Of a stretch of DNA of 64,000 nt, positions 52,120 through 64,000 are shown one piece after another (the first letter of the stretch is position 1; each line of letters begins with the position of its first letter). The stretch is taken from positions 60,390,001 to 60,454,000 of the forward strand of contig NC_086108.1 in assembly GCF_963921235.1 (NCBI RefSeq), given 5' to 3'. The notes beneath the pieces were generated by a model. That model was not told where the DNA came from. It did no database searches and worked only from the letters and a program-made list of their open reading frames with translations. The translations under genes and the position numbers were made by a program. The DNA comes from Mobula hypostoma (Eukaryota).

Positions 52120-53612
52120 CTTGGCAGAAATATTTAAAATGTCGCTGTCTACAGGTGAGGTGCCGGAGGATTGGGGAGTGGCTCATGTTGTTCCGTTGTT
52201 TAAAAAAGGATCGAAAAGTAATCCAGGAAATTATAGGCCAGTAAGTTTAACGTCGGTAGTAGGTAAGTTATTGGAGGGAGTACTAAGAGACAGAATCTAC
52301 AAGCATTTGGATAGACAGGGACTTATTAGGGAGAGTCAACATGGCTTTGTGCGTGGTAGGTCATGTTTGACCAATCTATTGGAGTTTTTCAAGGAGGTTA
52401 CCAGGAAAGTGGATGAAGGGAAGACAGTGGATATTGTCTACATGGACTTCAGTAAGGCCTTTGACAAGGTCCCGCATGGGAGGTTAGTTAGGAAAATTCA
52501 GTCGCTAGGTATACTTGGAGAGGTGGTAAATTGGATTAGACATTGGCTCAGTGGAAGAAGCCAAAGAGTGGTAGTAGAGAATTGCTTCTCCGAGTGGAGG
52601 CCTGTGACTAGTGGTGTGCCACAGGGATCAGTGCTGGGTCCATTGTTATTTGTCATCTATATCAATGATCTGGATGATAATGTGGTAAATTGGATCAGCA
52701 AATTTGCTGATGATACAAAGATTGGAGGAGTAGTAGACAGTGAGGAAGGTTTTCAGAGCCTGCAGAGGGACTTGGACCAGCTGGAAAAATGGGCTGAAAA
52801 ATAGCAGATGGAGTTTAATACAGACAAGTGTGAGGTATTGCACGTTGGAAGGACAAACCAAGGTAGAACGTACAGGGTTAACGGTAAGACACTGAGGAGT
52901 GCAGTGGAACAGAGGGATCTGGGAATACAGATAAAAAATTCCCCAAAAGTGGCATCACAGGTAGATAGGGTCGTAAAGAGAGCTTTTGGTACATTGGTCT
53001 TTATTAATCAAAGTATTGAGTATAAGAGCTGGAATGTTATGATGAGGTTGTATAAGGCATTGGTGAGGCCGAATCTGGAGTATTGTGTTCAGTTTTGGTC
53101 ACCAAATTACAGGAAGGATATAAATAAGGTTGAAAGAGTGCAGAGAAGGTTTACAAGGATGTTGCCGGGACTTGAGAAACTCAGTTACAGAGAAAGGTTG
53201 AATACGTTAGGACTTTATTTCCTGGAGCGTAGAAGAATGAGGGGAGATTTGATAGAGGTATATCAAATTATGATGGGTATAGATAGAGTGAATGCAAGCA
53301 GGCTTTTTCCACTGAGGCAAGGGGAGAAAAAAACCAGAGGACATGGGTTAAGGGTGAGGGGGGAAAAGTTTAAAGGGAACATTAGGGGGGGCTTCTTCAC
53401 ACAGAGAGTGGTGGGAGTATGGAATGAGCTGCCAGACGAGGTGGTAAATGCGGGTTCTTTTTTAACATTTAAGAATAAATTGGACAGGTACATGGATGGG
53501 AGGTGTATGGAGGGATATGGTCTGTGTGCAGGTCAGTGGGACTAGGCAGAAAATGGTTCGGCACAGCCACGAAGGGCCAAAAGGCCTGTTTCTGTGCTGT
53601 AGTTTCTATGGT
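52120..53612 (+). mobile_element. Young CR1, 5'-truncated
   Basis: RT reading frame with a single stop at about 52802. TSD TCTATGGA at 52112-52119 and 53613-53620. Confidence 0.95.
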
Positions 53613-54891
53613 TCTATGGATCCTAAGATCTCTCTGTATGTTCCTCATCACTGCTAAGAATCCTGCCATTAACTTTGTATTCTGCCTTGAGGTTCAACTA
53701 AAGTGAATACTAAACACTTTTCCAGATTGAACTCCATCTGCCACTTCTAAACTCAGAATCCTGTCTCTATCCAGTTGTAACCTATGACAATCATTCACGC
53801 TATCCGCACCACCATCACTGTGTCAGCTGTAAACATACTAACCAACACTTCTTCATCCAAGTCTTTTATAAAAGTCACAAAAAGTTGGGGTCCCAGACAG
53901 ATCGCTGTGGAACACTACTAGTGACATACCTCCAAGCAGAATACACTTCACTTAATACCACCTTCTATTTTCTGTGGACAAGCTAATTCCAAATCTACAG
54001 AGCCAAGTTTCCATATATCCCATGCCTATAACCTTCTGGATCAGCTTTCCATGGGGAAGCTTGTTAAACACCTGACTAAAATCCATATACACCACATCCA
54101 CACTCTACTTCATCAGTTTCTTTTGTCACTTCCTCAAAGAATCCAATCAGCCTCACGAAGCACGAACTGCCCTTTATAGAGCCATGCTGACTAAGTAAGA
54201 CTATGCTTCTCCAAATGCTTCTAAATTCTGTCCCTACAAAATCTCTCCAAAGGCTTGCCCACCACTGACGTAGAGATTCACTGGTCCACAGTACAATTCA
54301 CCAGTTTATCCCTAATACGTTTTTGAACAAAGGAACAACTGGAACAAAATTTCCCAGGCTCCAGTGTGGAAGCAAAGATTATCATCAATGGCCCAACAAT
54401 CTCTTCTCTTGCTACCCATAATAATCTGAAATGTATCCCATCTGGCCCCAGGGACTTATCTATCCTAATACTCTTCAAAAGCTCCAACAACAACTCTGTC
54501 TTAACCTCAACATGCTCCAGCATAATAGCCTCACATTCATCAAGGTCCCTCTCACTGGTAAACACTGAAGCATATGGATAAAGTTCCTGATAGCATTTTA
54601 TTTCTGCAGGATAATATTCTGAAGAACTACTAGAATTCGTAGATATAAGTTTTCAAAAAAAAACATTACCTTGTAGAAGAGTAAAACCCACAAAAATATC
54701 TCCTGCCTGCCATCATAATTAGGATAGGACCATTGGTCCTTTTTCAGTGGCTAAAGATTTTTTCTTGTGCTATTCTTAGCTACACCTGGCTTTTCATTTC
54801 TTATGGTAATTTCCTACCCTGTCAATGTAATTAGTTTATTATTGTCATATGTACTGAAAATTTTTTAATGTGCATGCCATCCAATAGATCA

Positions 54892-55562
54892 GAAGACCAT
54901 AGGAGCAGAATTAGGGTATTTGGCCCATTGAGTCTACTCTGCCATTTAATCATAGCTGACCCTTTTTTTCTCCTGCTCAACCCCATTTCCCAGCCTTCTC
55001 ACCATAACTTTTGATGCCATGTCCAATCAAGAACCTATCAATCTCTGCCTTAAATACACCCAACGACCTGGCCTCCACAGCTGCACGTGGTAACAAATTC
55101 CACAAATTCACCACCCTCTGGCTACAGAAATTTCTCCGCATCTCTGTTTTGAATGGACGCTCTTCTATCCTGAGGCTGTGCCCTCTTGTCCTAGATGGGA
55201 AACATCCTCTCCACATCTACTCTGTTGGTCCTTTCAACATTCAAAAGGTTTCAATGAGATCCCCCCTCATCCTTCTAAATTCCAGTGAGTACAGACCCAG
55301 AGCCATCAATACATTCCTCATATGATAACACTTTCATTCCTGGAATCATCCTTGTTTACTTCCCCTGAACCCTCTCCAATGCCAGCACATCTCTTCTAAG
55401 ATGAGGAACCCAAAACTGTTCACAATACTCAAGGAGAGGCCTCACCAGTGCCTAATAAAGCCTCACATCCCATCCCTGCTCTTGTATTTTAGACCTCTTG
55501 AAATGAATGCTAACATTCATTTGCCTCCCTCACCACCGACTCAACCTGCAAGTTAACCTTTA
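54892..55562 (-). mobile_element. CR1 3' fragment
   Basis: SRTRGHSLRIE.RPFKTEMRRNF.SQRVVNLWN and a CR1 3' UTR. Confidence 0.88.
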
Positions 55563-55659
55563 TCCCATACATATGTACTACCTGCCTAGTGAAAAAGGAG
55601 AGGGACAAAAACAGAATGCAAAATATATTGTTATAGCTACAGAGACATTGAGCACCGTT

Positions 55660-56168
55660 TAAAGGAGTGCTGCCATCCATCATCAAGGACTCACACTATC
55701 CAGGCCATGCCCTCTTCTCGCTGCTGGATGTGGTGTATATGGATTTTAGTAGGTGCTTGACAAGCCTCCCTATGGAAAGCTCATCCAGAAGGGCATTGGC
55801 ATAGATCTCACACCACCAGGTTCAGGAACAGTTATCACCTTTCAGTCATCAGGTTCCTGAAACCAGTGTAGATAACTCCACTTACCTCAACTCTGAACTG
55901 ATTACACAACCTATGGACTCACTTTTAAAGACTCTACAACTCATGTTTTCTGTTTTATTTATTTATTTACTATTATAATTACATTTTTTGTTTATGCAGA
56001 TTGTTTTCTTTTGCACATTAGTTATTTGTCAGTCTTTGTGTGTAGTTTTTCATTGATTCTATTGCATTTCTCTGTTGTACTGTGAATGCCTGCAGGAAAA
56101 TAAATCTCATAGTAGACACGTACATACTTAGATAATAAGTCTATTTTGAACTCGAACTTTGAACTTTA
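55660..56168 (+). mobile_element. Rex1/Babar 3' end containing a short CR1 RT fragment (about 55726-55790)
   Basis: SIIKDSHYPGHALFSLL; (TTTGAAC)n tail; internal DVVYMDFS segment. Confidence 0.7.
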
Positions 56169-56350
56169 AACATGTAGTGCAGGTAAACAAATAAAGAGCA
56201 AGGCCATGATGGGATGGAATTGAGAGATCAATATTTCATCTTTCTCATTTAAGAGGTCTGTCCAAGAATGTCAGGTCTGACGAGATTTCTGGAGGCAAAA
56301 TCTTCCAATTTCATCAATGTTTTATTCTTTCTCATTTAATTTCATCACAG

Positions 56351-56495
56351 CTTGCTCAAGATGGGGTTGATTTGGATAAGGCTGTGCAATGGGCAAACAG
56401 CTATCCATATGGCCACCAAGTGTGGATTGGTCCATTCACAGCACCCTTAGCTCTCTACCATCCTGATTATGCCAAGGCATTGCTTGCAGTTTCAG
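56351..56495 (+). CDS. CYP4B1-like: CYP4 gene 2, exon 2
   Basis: CAG acceptor and GTGAGG donor; 145 nt. Translates LAQDGVDLDKAVQWANSYPYGHQVWIGPFTAPLALYHPDYAKALLAVS, matching the CYP4A/B/T pattern W.GPF......HPDYAK. Confidence 0.93.
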
Positions 56496-56847
56496 GTGAG
56501 GAATTTCAGACTTTTCCTGGATGCATAAACTAGAAGTTCTAGTTTTAATTTTTAAGAGATTCTGTATCATTGCCTGATTCTAATGAAAATGTGTCCACAG
56601 TACAAAAATGGCATTGCAGGGCCTCTCTAGGTTACAAATAACCTGATCTATGGAAATCTGACTTTGCACAAATTCTACCATATGTTTTAAAAGCACGTTT
56701 CAAGCTAGACAATCAAAGATTTTCATGGGATTCCTTAATAATTGGATGCAGTATATATTTCATTAGTTTAATTATGGCTAGCCTCAAGGTGATTATCAAA
56801 TAAAATTAGAGAATTATAATGTATAAATGGAACAATGTTACATGGGT

Positions 56848-57402
56848 GTATGGGGTATCAGGGAGGAGTAGCACCTCTGGTGGGGGAATATGTCGCATCT
56901 TTTCAAGGCGGTTAGTCCACCTTTGGTCCCCACCTGGCACTCAGCTCTCACCTGTGGCTCCCCGTAGCTGTTTGCATGCGAAAGCGGCCACACCCTAGGC
57001 AACAGCTTCAACAAGCCGGCTAAACCAGGTGAGGGTAGCCGACGGGTCTCAAACCCTTGCTGAGATGGGGAGTTGTCTATCCCAGCATGTAAAGACAGAC
57101 TCCGGCAGATTGAGCGGACGAGACCAATGGAAGGTCCAACAGTCATGAAGGCGGTCTCTGCAAGTGTCGTGGAATATGTAGAGCACGACAAGACACAGAA
57201 GACGTCCTGGTCATCCACTGCGCCTAGTCCCATCTCCAGCCGTCTCGACTCTGTCTTGCCACTGGATCTAGATGGGAATTGGGAAAAGAGAGTGAGGCTG
57301 ACGCTGCGCAACTCTCCCTCACTTAAATCCAAATCATGCACTAGTCTCGACATCATCAATGGTGTCAAGGTCTTCATCAATGACGACGATGGACGAACAA
57401 CA
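56848..57402 (+). mobile_element. Non-autonomous retroelement (RTE-like 5' region, CAA tail) with 8-bp TSD
   Basis: TSD ACATGGGT at 56840-56847 and 57403-57410. GC-rich body in AT-rich flanks; ends GAACAACAAC. Confidence 0.65.
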
Positions 57403-57835
57403 ACATGGGTTACGATAGATTATAGACTTTTTATGGAGAAGTTGGCTGACAGACAGTTCTCAGGAATGGATCCATTGTATATCCCAGGCACAGACTGTAT
57501 TTTATTTTTTCTTCAATGTCCTATGAAGTGGCCATTTAATGAGTGAGACTTTACAATATGGATGATTTAAAAATGATTTTCTCTCTACTATTATTTTCAT
57601 TGATATATAAAAGTAAACAAAATATACAGATTTAATTAATGATCCTAAAAGTTGTAAAAGTACAAGTACAATGGTATACGACTATTTAATATGTGGTAGT
57701 GCATTGTATTTGCTCTGACTCTTTGTTAAGAGACATATTTATTCGGCTTCTTTGAAAATTTCTGAAGTTCATTTATCTTATCCAGTCTCATTTTTCTGCT
57801 CCTTTGAACTCAGTCTATACCTCTCTCTATCTATT

Positions 57836-59988
57836 GAAACCATAGAAACCATAGAAACTACAGCACAGAAACAGGCCTTTTGGCCCTTCTTGGCTGTGCC
57901 GAACCATTTTCTGCCTAGTCCCACTGACCTGCACACAGACCATATCCCTCCATACACCTCCTATCCATGTATCTGTCCAATTTATTCTTAAATGTTAAAA
58001 AAGAACCCGCATTTACCACCTCGTCTGGCAGCTCATTCCATGCTCCCACCACTCTCTGTGTGAAGAAGCCCCCCGTAATGTTCCCTTTAAACTTTTCCCC
58101 CCTCACCCTTAACCCATGTCCTCTGGTTTTTTTCTCCCCTTGCCTCAGTGGAAAAAGCCTGCTTGCATTCACTCTATCTATACCCATCATAATTTGATAT
58201 ACCTCTATCAAATCTCCCCTCATTCTTCTACGCTCCAGGGAATAAAGTCCTAACCTATTCAACCTTTCTCTGTAACTGAGTTTCTCAAGTCCTGGCAACA
58301 TCCTTGTAAACCTTCTCTGCACTCTTTCAACCTTACTTATATCCTTCCTGTAATTTGGTGACCAAAACTGAACACAATACTCCAGATTCAGCCTCACCAA
58401 TGCCTTATACAACCTCATCATAACATTCCAGCTCTTATACTCAATACTTTGATTAATAAAGGCCAATGTACCAAAAGCTCTCTTTACGTCCCTATCTACT
58501 GGTGACGCCACTTTTAGCGAATTTTGTATCTGTATTCCCAGATCCCTCTGTTCTACTGCACTCTTCAGTGCCTTACCATTAACCCTGTATGTTCTACCTT
58601 GGTTTGTCCTTCCAACGTGCAATACCTCACACTTGTCTGTATTAAACTCCATTTGCCATTTTTCAGCCCATTTTTCCAGCTGGTCCAAGTCCCTCTGCAG
58701 GCTCTGAAAATCTTCCTCACTGTCTACTACACCTCCAATCTTTGTATCATCAGCAAATTTGCTGATCCAATTTACCACATTATCATCCAGATCATTGATA
58801 TAGATGACAAATAACAATGGACCCAGCACTGATCCCTGTGGCACACCACTAGTCACAGGCCTCCACTCAGAGAAGCAATTTTCTACCACCACTCTTTGGC
58901 TTCTTCCATTGAGTCAATGTCTAATCCAATTTACCACCTCCCCATGTATACCTAGCGACTGAATTTTCCTAACTAACCTCCCATGCAGGACCTTGTCAAA
59001 GGCCTTACTGAAATCCATGTAGACAATATCCACTGCCTTCCCTTCATCTACTTTCCTGATAACTTCCTCAAAAAACTCCAATAGATTGGTCAAACATGAC
59101 CTACCATGCACAAAGCCATATTGACTCTCCCTAATAAGTCCCTGTCTATCCAAATGCTTGTAGATTCTGTCTCTTAGTACTCCCTCCAATAACTTACCTA
59201 CTACCAACGTTAAACTCACCGGCCTATAATTTCCCGGATTACTTTTCGATCCTTTTTTAAACAACGGAACAACATGAGCCACTCTCCAATCCTCCGGCAC
59301 CTCACCCGTAGACAGCGACATTTTAAATATTTCTGCCAGGGCCCCCGCAATTTCAACACTAGTCTCCTTCAAGGTCCGAGGGAACACCCTGTCAGGTCCC
59401 AGGGATTTATCCACTTTAATTTTCCTCAAGACAGCAAACACCTCCTCCTTTTCAATCTGTACAGTTTCCATGATCTCACTACTTGATTCCATCAATTCCA
59501 TAGACTTCATGCCAGTTTCCTTAGTAAATACAGACGCAAAAAACCTATTTAAGATCTCCCTCATTTCCTTTGGTTCCGCGCATAGCCGACCACTCTGATC
59601 TTCAAGAGGACCAATTTTATCCCTTACAATCCTTTTGCTCTTAATATACCTGTAAAAACTCTTTGGATTATCCTTTACTTTGACTGCCAAGGCAACCTCA
59701 TGTCTTCTTTTAGCCCTCCTGATTAATTTCTTAAGTATTTTCTTGCACTTCTTATACTCCTCAAGCACCTGATTTACTCCCTGTTTCCTATACATTTCAT
59801 ACAACTCGCTCTTCTTCTTTATCAGAGTTGCAATATCCCTTGAGAACCAAGGTTCCTTATTCCTATTCAATTTGCCTTTAATCCTGACAGGAACATACAA
59901 ACTCTGCACTCTCAATATTTCCCCTTTGAAGGCTTCCCACCTACCGATCACATCTTTGCCAGAGAACAACCTGTCCCAATCTACGCTT
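57836..59988 (-). mobile_element. Young CR1, 5'-truncated, same subfamily as 52120-53612
   Basis: ORFs 58914-59969 and 57915-58892 are in the same frame, separated by one stop; (CATAGAAAC)n tail. Confidence 0.95.
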
Positions 59989-60883
59989 CTGCTATCTCTT
60001 CTGCTTCCGGCTGACGCTTGTCTGCTCGGCTGTGACCCCTTAGTCTACCTTTATTTGTAGACAAAATTCAGTAAATCCATCATTTTAAGTCAAGCCATAT
60101 TGCCATTTGGAAAAGAATTTGAGAACTGGGATGATTTACCCCGCTGAACAACTTTGTTAATAGCTTCACATTGTACACAAAAATACTATAATTATTTTTT
60201 AAGAAATTTTTTGAAAACTTGTAATTCATGTGAGAAAAGATTGACCAATAAATTTAAAAGATATGAACTTGTGGATACTTTTGTGGATTTCACTGTGCAG
60301 ATTATCTGCTTTGACATGGGACTCCTGAAAAGTGCCCCAAATGAGGGGCAGTCCATTCGTGAATGTTGCAAATAATTTGGGATACTTATTACCCATCCAT
60401 CCCTATAAGACTAAACAAGGTCTTGGCTTTTTCTCAAGGCTAATTGGCTGTAAGCTAAATTAGATTTTTTTGTAATTTTTCTGAGTTATTGTTGAAATAA
60501 TTGACTGAATTCCCAACAGTAAAGGACCTTACAGTCAGTATTATTTATTCAGGGGTTTCAGGGCCACAAGCTGTGAATTTCCTGTTATTAACTTAAATAA
60601 ATGAAAAATTAGGATTTTGGGAATAAAATTCCCAACTAATGCCTTGTTAGGCAATTAAATGTGCCCTCAAATTTACCTAGTATCATACGATAATGTATGA
60701 AATCAATCTCAGAAAATGGAAATAAAGACCATTAACTTTTAGTTTTAATTTGTGAAGAGACTGAAATTGTTTTTGTTGTGAAATAACGAGAGGAAAATTC
60801 AGATGAATAAATAACACAGAAAAGAACAAATTATTTATATAATTTTGACTATTGAACAATCTGCTTCTTTGTTTATATTTCAG

Positions 60884-60928
60884 AACCTAGAGATGATGTG
60901 GTCTACCGGTTTATGGTTCCTTGGATTG
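60884..60928 (+). CDS. CYP4B1-like: CYP4 gene 2, exon 3
   Basis: TTTCAG acceptor and GTATGT donor; 45 nt. Translates (E)PRDDVVYRFMVPWI(G), the typical short CYP4 exon (EPK...Y.F..PWIG). Confidence 0.92.
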
Positions 60929-62024
60929 GTATGTACTATGATCAATAATCATTGGAGTATTGCTTTATCACAAACTGCACAATATGTTAGTAACTTTTCA
61001 GAGACCCTCCCCATCACTGTGACCCTTATCATTTCTGTACAGCCCTATGGATGCCTGTACGCGTCCACCTCAAATAAGCAAAACGACAAGAAAAAATTGA
61101 TTCTAAAATGTCAGAAGATCACTGTAAGGACATGGCAGAATTTCCATACTTTTACAAAACAAAGTCAGGCAGAATCACAGATCACAGCACATCTTAATAC
61201 ATTCTATTTTGAGCAGATGGGAATGGATATCTGCACCCACCCCGATCGCCTCCAGTGCACCTGAATCCACAGCCACCCCTGTGGAGATAAGTGAGTCCAC
61301 GGACAGTGAGCCTGTGGAAAGCATATGGACCAGCAACTGTCCCTGCCTGTGTCCTTAGATCCTGTGTAGATCAGCTAACAAGGGTATTTGGAAATGTTTT
61401 TAATCTTTCCCTGCTTCAATCTCGGGTTCTCCCATACATAAGGAGACTACTATCATCCCATTATCTAAGAACAACAAGATAACATACTGCAACACTACTG
61501 CCCAGTGACTCTGACATCTACTATCATGAAGTGCTTCGAGAAGCTGGTCATGACACATTAACTCCAGCCTTCAGACAACCTCGACCCACTACAATTCGCC
61601 TACTGCTGGAAGATGGCAGACACAATCTGCCAGGCCTTACACTCACCTCTGGAGCATCTACACTGTAAAGACGCCTGTGTCAGACTATTGTTTATTGACT
61701 ACAGCTCGACTTTCAATACTGTAATTCCAAGCAAACTTATCACCAAACTCCAGATGCTGTGAGTCAATACCTCATTCTGCAACTGGATCTTTGACCTTTT
61801 TGACCAACAGACTGCAGTCAGTAAGGACAGGTAGCAACACCTTCACCATGGTTATTCTCAACACCTGGCACTCCACAATGTTGCCTCCTCAGCCTCCCAC
61901 TCTACTCCTTGTATATTCATCACTGCATGGCCAGTTTCTGCTCCAACTCCATCTATAGGTTTGCAGATGATATCTCCGTAGTGGGCCACATTTCATATAA
62001 CAATGAGCTGGAGTACAGAAAAAC

Positions 62025-62275
62025 GCTATCATGGACAGTCCCAAGCCCAACTGCAAAAGGAGAAGTGTTGTGTATGAGGCTAGCAACCCCATCCTGTAAA
62101 AGCCCAGTGCTAAAGAAATGCCAATAGAGACTCCAGAGACCTTATTCGTGGGAGAGGAAGGACCTTCAAGGACGGTCTACACCCGGGAATAACTTGAAAG
62201 ACTGGCCCAGATAGAGGACTGTTGTTGGCGGCCTATGCCTCAGTTGGGTATGGGCTTAATAAGGAAGTAAGTAAA
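62025..62275 (+). mobile_element. Short bipartite RTE-derived SINE-like element
   Basis: RTE-type 5' motif GGACAGTCCCAAGCCC...GGCTAGCAACCCCATCCTGTAAAA joined to an RTE-like C-terminus (LERLAQ..VGGLC); GTAAGTAA tail. Confidence 0.65.
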
Positions 62276-63008
62276 GCAAGGGCAAGGAGATAGAGACCTT
62301 GGTAAAATGGTGTCATGACAACAAACTTTTCTTCAATGTCAGCAAAACAAAGGGGCTGGTCATTGACTTCAGGAAGTGGAGTGGTGCACATGTTCCTGTC
62401 TACATCAGCAGTGCTGAAGCTGAGAGGGTGGACAGCTTCAAGTTGCTAGGAGTGAGTATTACGAATAACCTATTCTGGACCAGCCATGTAGATGCCATGG
62501 CCAAGAAAACTCATTAATGCTTCTACTTCCTCAGGAAGCTAAAGCAATTTGGCATGACCTGTCAATCCTTACCAATTTTTATCAGTGCACTATAAAAAGC
62601 AAACTGTCTGGACGCATAGCGGTTTGATATGGCAACTGCTCTGTATGTGACTGCAAGAAACCGCAGAGAGTGGTGGACACAGCCTAGCACGTCACAGAAG
62701 CCACCCTCCACTCAATGGACTCCACCTACAGTTATCGCTGTCTCAATAAAGCAACCAGTCTAATCGAAGAACTACCCACGCTTGACATTCTCTCTTCTCC
62801 ACTCTTCTAGTGGGCAAAAGATAAAAAAGCCTGAAAACACCTGCATCTACCCTGTTATTATAAGACTGTTAATGGTTCCCCGGTATGACAAGATGGACTC
62901 TTGACTTATAATCTACCTTGTTATGATCTTCACTGTTTATCTGCCCTGCGCTTTCTGTGGAGATATTACAATTTATTTTGTATTATTATTATTTTACCTT
63001 GTTCTACC

Positions 63009-63795
63009 TGAAACTCTCTTTTACTGGGCGTCTCTGGAAATGCGACTTGTTAGCCCCTCGCTAACAGCCAATGGATTCCGCAGTGAGAAACCCACCTTTC
63101 TCAGGCTTCATAGTCTAGGGTGTAAATGGCTTTGGTCCCACCAAATCCATGGGGTTGGGATGTCTCACCCACCCAAACCACAGTTTGTGTGAATGCTGTG
63201 TGATTTACCGCCCCTGGCAATCGCCCTTCAGCAAGAAATAACAGATCATACACTGCATAAAATTAATAAATATATTTAAGAATGTTAACTTAAGCAAACA
63301 GTTATTAAAGGGGAAAAAAAGAAAAACCAGAAAGGGCCTATTATACTTATACAGTCACATGTGCACGGTGCAGCTCAAATCTTGAAGTTGTCATGTGCTG
63401 GACCCTCGGTCTGCGTGAAAGCACACACTACCTTCTGAAGGTCGCTCTAAAACCATCTTGAACAACCGGGTCTCCCACAGGAGTATTGGTCCTTCCTCCT
63501 CGAAGCCATTCATCTGCACAAAGCACCTTGTGCATCAGGGATGGCATCCTCCACCATCTTTCCCCCTGTCTTCTCCCAGTTCCCACCAACAAAAACCTCT
63601 CCACCCCGCAATCTCTAGAACCTTCTCCCGATTCTACCATCCTGATTGGCTGACACCTCATTTCCAAGGTGAAAAACAAAGCCTCTTATCTCAGCCCAAA
63701 CCCAAACAGGCTGAAAGCAGAACAGACTGCTCTTACAGAACTGCTAAAGTGAAATACCTACAGCTAACAGTAAAAATCTTAACCAGGACATTACA
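63009..63795. mobile_element. Probable solo LTR inserted in the Rex/Babar 3' UTR
   Basis: TG...CA termini with a near-TSD TACC/CACC. Host UTR GTTCTACC|TCAACGCACTG is continuous across the insertion. Confidence 0.6.
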
Positions 63796-64000
63796 CACCT
63801 CAACGCACTGGGTAATTGTTTGATCCCTATGAACAGTATGCAAGCCATGCTTTTCTCTGTATATCAGTACATGTGACAATCATAATTCCCATAACCTTTC
63901 TCATATTTCTTGAAGTTTTTGCCATCTGAAGATTTAGCAGTCTTAGTCCTAAATATTCTCAGAGGTTTTGTATTGTTAGTCCATTGAAGTGAAGAATTCC

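Larger units (their letters stand above)
48652..54570 (-). mobile_element. Old CR1 LINE split by L1 and CR1 insertions
   Basis: Colinear pieces at 48652-49020, 51808-52119 and 53613-54570 (the last containing DKSLGPDGIH). Confidence 0.75.
61200..63885 (+). mobile_element. Decayed Rex1/Babar LINE with nested insertions
   Basis: VLRSCVDQLTRVF..VFNLSL, PVTLTSTIMKCFEKLV, LFIDYSSTFNT, RFADD and NVSKTK.LVIDFRK. The 3' UTR resumes after 63796. Confidence 0.85.

Noticed and set aside
52091..53545. Intact autonomous reverse transcriptase (also 57915-59969)
   Set aside because: Both copies are 5'-truncated, lack the endonuclease and contain an internal stop.
60929..64000. Exon 4 of CYP4 gene 2
   Set aside because: No GLL...KW..HR.LLTP.FH-type sequence was found; it presumably lies beyond the window.

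Overview
This is eukaryotic, repeat-rich vertebrate genomic DNA. The repeat spectrum (CR1, Rex1/Babar, RTE, Tx1/L1, Penelope, tRNA-SINEs) suggests a cartilaginous fish, which is an inference. The window holds two tandem + strand cytochrome P450 family 4 genes (CYP4B/4T/4A/4X type). Gene 1 is represented by its last five coding exons (1189-20410), with an intact I-helix, ExxR, PERF-like and heme-cysteine motif. Gene 2 is represented by its first three exons (about 42951-60928), and its exon 1 has no in-frame ATG ahead of the membrane anchor. Introns and the 22.5 kb intergenic region are mostly decayed, often nested transposable elements: many CR1 LINEs, a 3.5 kb hAT transposon with TIRs and an 8-bp TSD, solo LTRs, a Penelope-like element with a minimal hammerhead motif, and SINEs. 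I found no clearly new multi-gene system. The best leads are the broken start of gene 2, inverted repeats flanking two CYP4 exons, the hammerhead motifs, and an unassigned ~280-codon antisense frame in an intron. TE boundaries without TSDs are approximate, and TE family calls come from recognising motifs by eye, not from database searches.
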